Assembly: GCF_963921235.1 (NCBI RefSeq)
Contig: NC_086108.1
Span: forward strand, 39,000,001-39,064,000
From: Mobula hypostoma
Lineage: Eukaryota
Length of the DNA stretch: 64,000 nucleotides
Reading direction: 5' to 3'
In this document: positions 62,591 to 64,000 of the stretch, piece by piece
Position numbering within the stretch: the stretch's first letter is position 1
Layout: each line of letters opens with the position of its first letter
The notes under the pieces: generated by a model
The model's input: the letters and a program-made list of their open reading frames with translations, nothing else
Told to the model about the DNA's origin: nothing
The model's database searches: none
Made by a program: the position numbers and the translations under genes

Positions 62591-64000
62591 ACACTGTGCG
62601 CCAATGTAGTGCTGCAGTCCTTCAGGGAACAGTGTTTAAAAATTTAATCATGATCCACACTTATCTGACACAGTGATTTCAGTACAGAGAGTTTCTGATA
62701 TTGCTGGTAAATGCTTTTAAACCTGTAAGATTTTATCAACTCATCGAGGATGGGCACAGTCGACTATTATTCTTTTTTTTAAATCTTGACATATTGAAGA
62801 ACTACACACTAAGCATATTAATTAAGGAATTTCACATATGCAGAACCAGAAAGTGGCTACTGCAACACAAAAATTTTATTCAAACAATATATAATGCAGA
62901 ACATCACAGATCCTGAAAGACAGAGGTCTTGCAAACTGTAATTCTACTCACTATATTTCAAAATCAATATAAGATGCAGGCAAATTCATCCATACCATGC
63001 AAAATTACTTACTCCCCCAGTTGTTTACATAAAAAATTAAAGCCTTTTTTATCAGTTATTTTTGTAGTTATTAACTTTTTACTTCAATTATTGCCATTTC
63101 ACGGAAGGAGGTTATAAACCAACCACCGAGCAGCATTTCACACATGCATACACGCAATTTGTCAACAGCAACTAGGCATTCTCAACACCCAGTCAGAGAA
63201 AATTCCCACTTCTAGGCAGGTTGCAAACAGAATACGTCGATGTGGGGGAATTTCGATATGGCAGTTCTAAAGATATAAAACCAATTTTAAGGGAAATTTA
63301 ACACTTTTAATTAAATTGAAGTGAGTATTCCTGTTATGGGAATGATTCTCACACATACCCAACAGCATTCTTTAAAGTAACCTATATTATTCTTTCTTCC
63401 ATCAATTTTCAAGTCTGCTCACCGGTTTAGTCTTTCCATTCATCATTGGATTTCCATACATTGGCTACCAGCAGATTCAGGAGAGGCTGTAAGTCCTTTA
63501 GATATCTAACCTATGAACTCTTTTGATTTGATTACTAATTTTTCTGATGTTTGGGTGAAACTTGTTCTTGGAAATAATTCCAGAGAGTGATATGAATTAT
63601 TTATATTTGTCAATTTTTATAGTAAAAATCAATGTCAGATATTTATAATCAAATAGATATGTATTTTTTATTTGAATACATCACTGAAAATTACCTCGAC
63701 TTACTTTCCAACTCTTCATTGATTATTTCTGTAATAGTTTGATATCTTTCCCATGGGCAAGGACAAAAAAATAATGAAACAATACATCACAAAGGACAAT
63801 GGCCACTGGTCCCCACAGATAATCAACAGAACTTAACTCTAATACACAAGGTTCTCAGGCTCCTGAAAGAAAACTCTTCTGCTTCCTTCACCCAAACTCT
63901 CTCCTACTAATGAAGCAATTCCCTGACAAGTAACACATTAAGTATTTGTTAAAACACTTTAACTTAGATGAAGATCTCAGATCTCAAAAGTAAAAATTAT

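Noticed and set aside
209..63117. Most short ORFs in the supplied track (e.g. 1640-1885, 2954-3343, 10087-10464, 18586-19026, 35484-35909)
   Set aside because: They are antisense or off-frame shadows of exons and TEs, or chance ORFs with non-ATG starts, no recognisable domains and no splice support.
1..64000. Prokaryotic-type systems (CRISPR arrays, operons, retrons, defence islands)
   Set aside because: The DNA is a spliced vertebrate gene with TE-rich introns. There are no regularly spaced repeat-spacer arrays, and all RT fragments belong to eukaryotic retroelements.
47405..64000. Next upstream DENND1B exon (expected ...GDGVARAFL..LFGSY...)
   Set aside because: Not found by eye; it probably lies beyond the window.

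Overview
This is AT-rich eukaryotic genomic DNA, most likely from a cartilaginous fish (ray/shark), inferred from the CR1, V-SINE, Penelope and Rex repeat mix. The window holds the 3' part of a DENND1B (connecdenn 2, Rab35 GEF)-like gene on the minus strand. Nine coding exons with GT-AG boundaries and matching phases run from 47404 down to the stop codon at 1337-1339; upstream exons appear to lie beyond 64000. The introns are filled with decayed transposable elements: many CR1 LINE fragments, Penelope-like fragments with minimal hammerhead motifs, Rex/Babar-like 3' ends, tRNA-derived SINEs, hAT-type MITEs, a Frog Prince-like Tc1 transposon, an internally deleted Gypsy element and a HERO-like non-LTR retrotransposon with a restriction-like endonuclease. 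The most striking observation is in the 3' UTR of the HERO-like element (56765-56883, minus strand). It contains every hammerhead ribozyme core element and all three helices, but with the strands in a non-circularly permuted, pseudoknotted order, and in the sense orientation of the host pre-mRNA. A candidate 15-nt microexon or alternative last exon lies at about 16.7 kb. No prokaryotic systems are present. All family assignments come from motif recognition without database searches, and repeat boundaries are approximate unless a TSD or TIR is cited.
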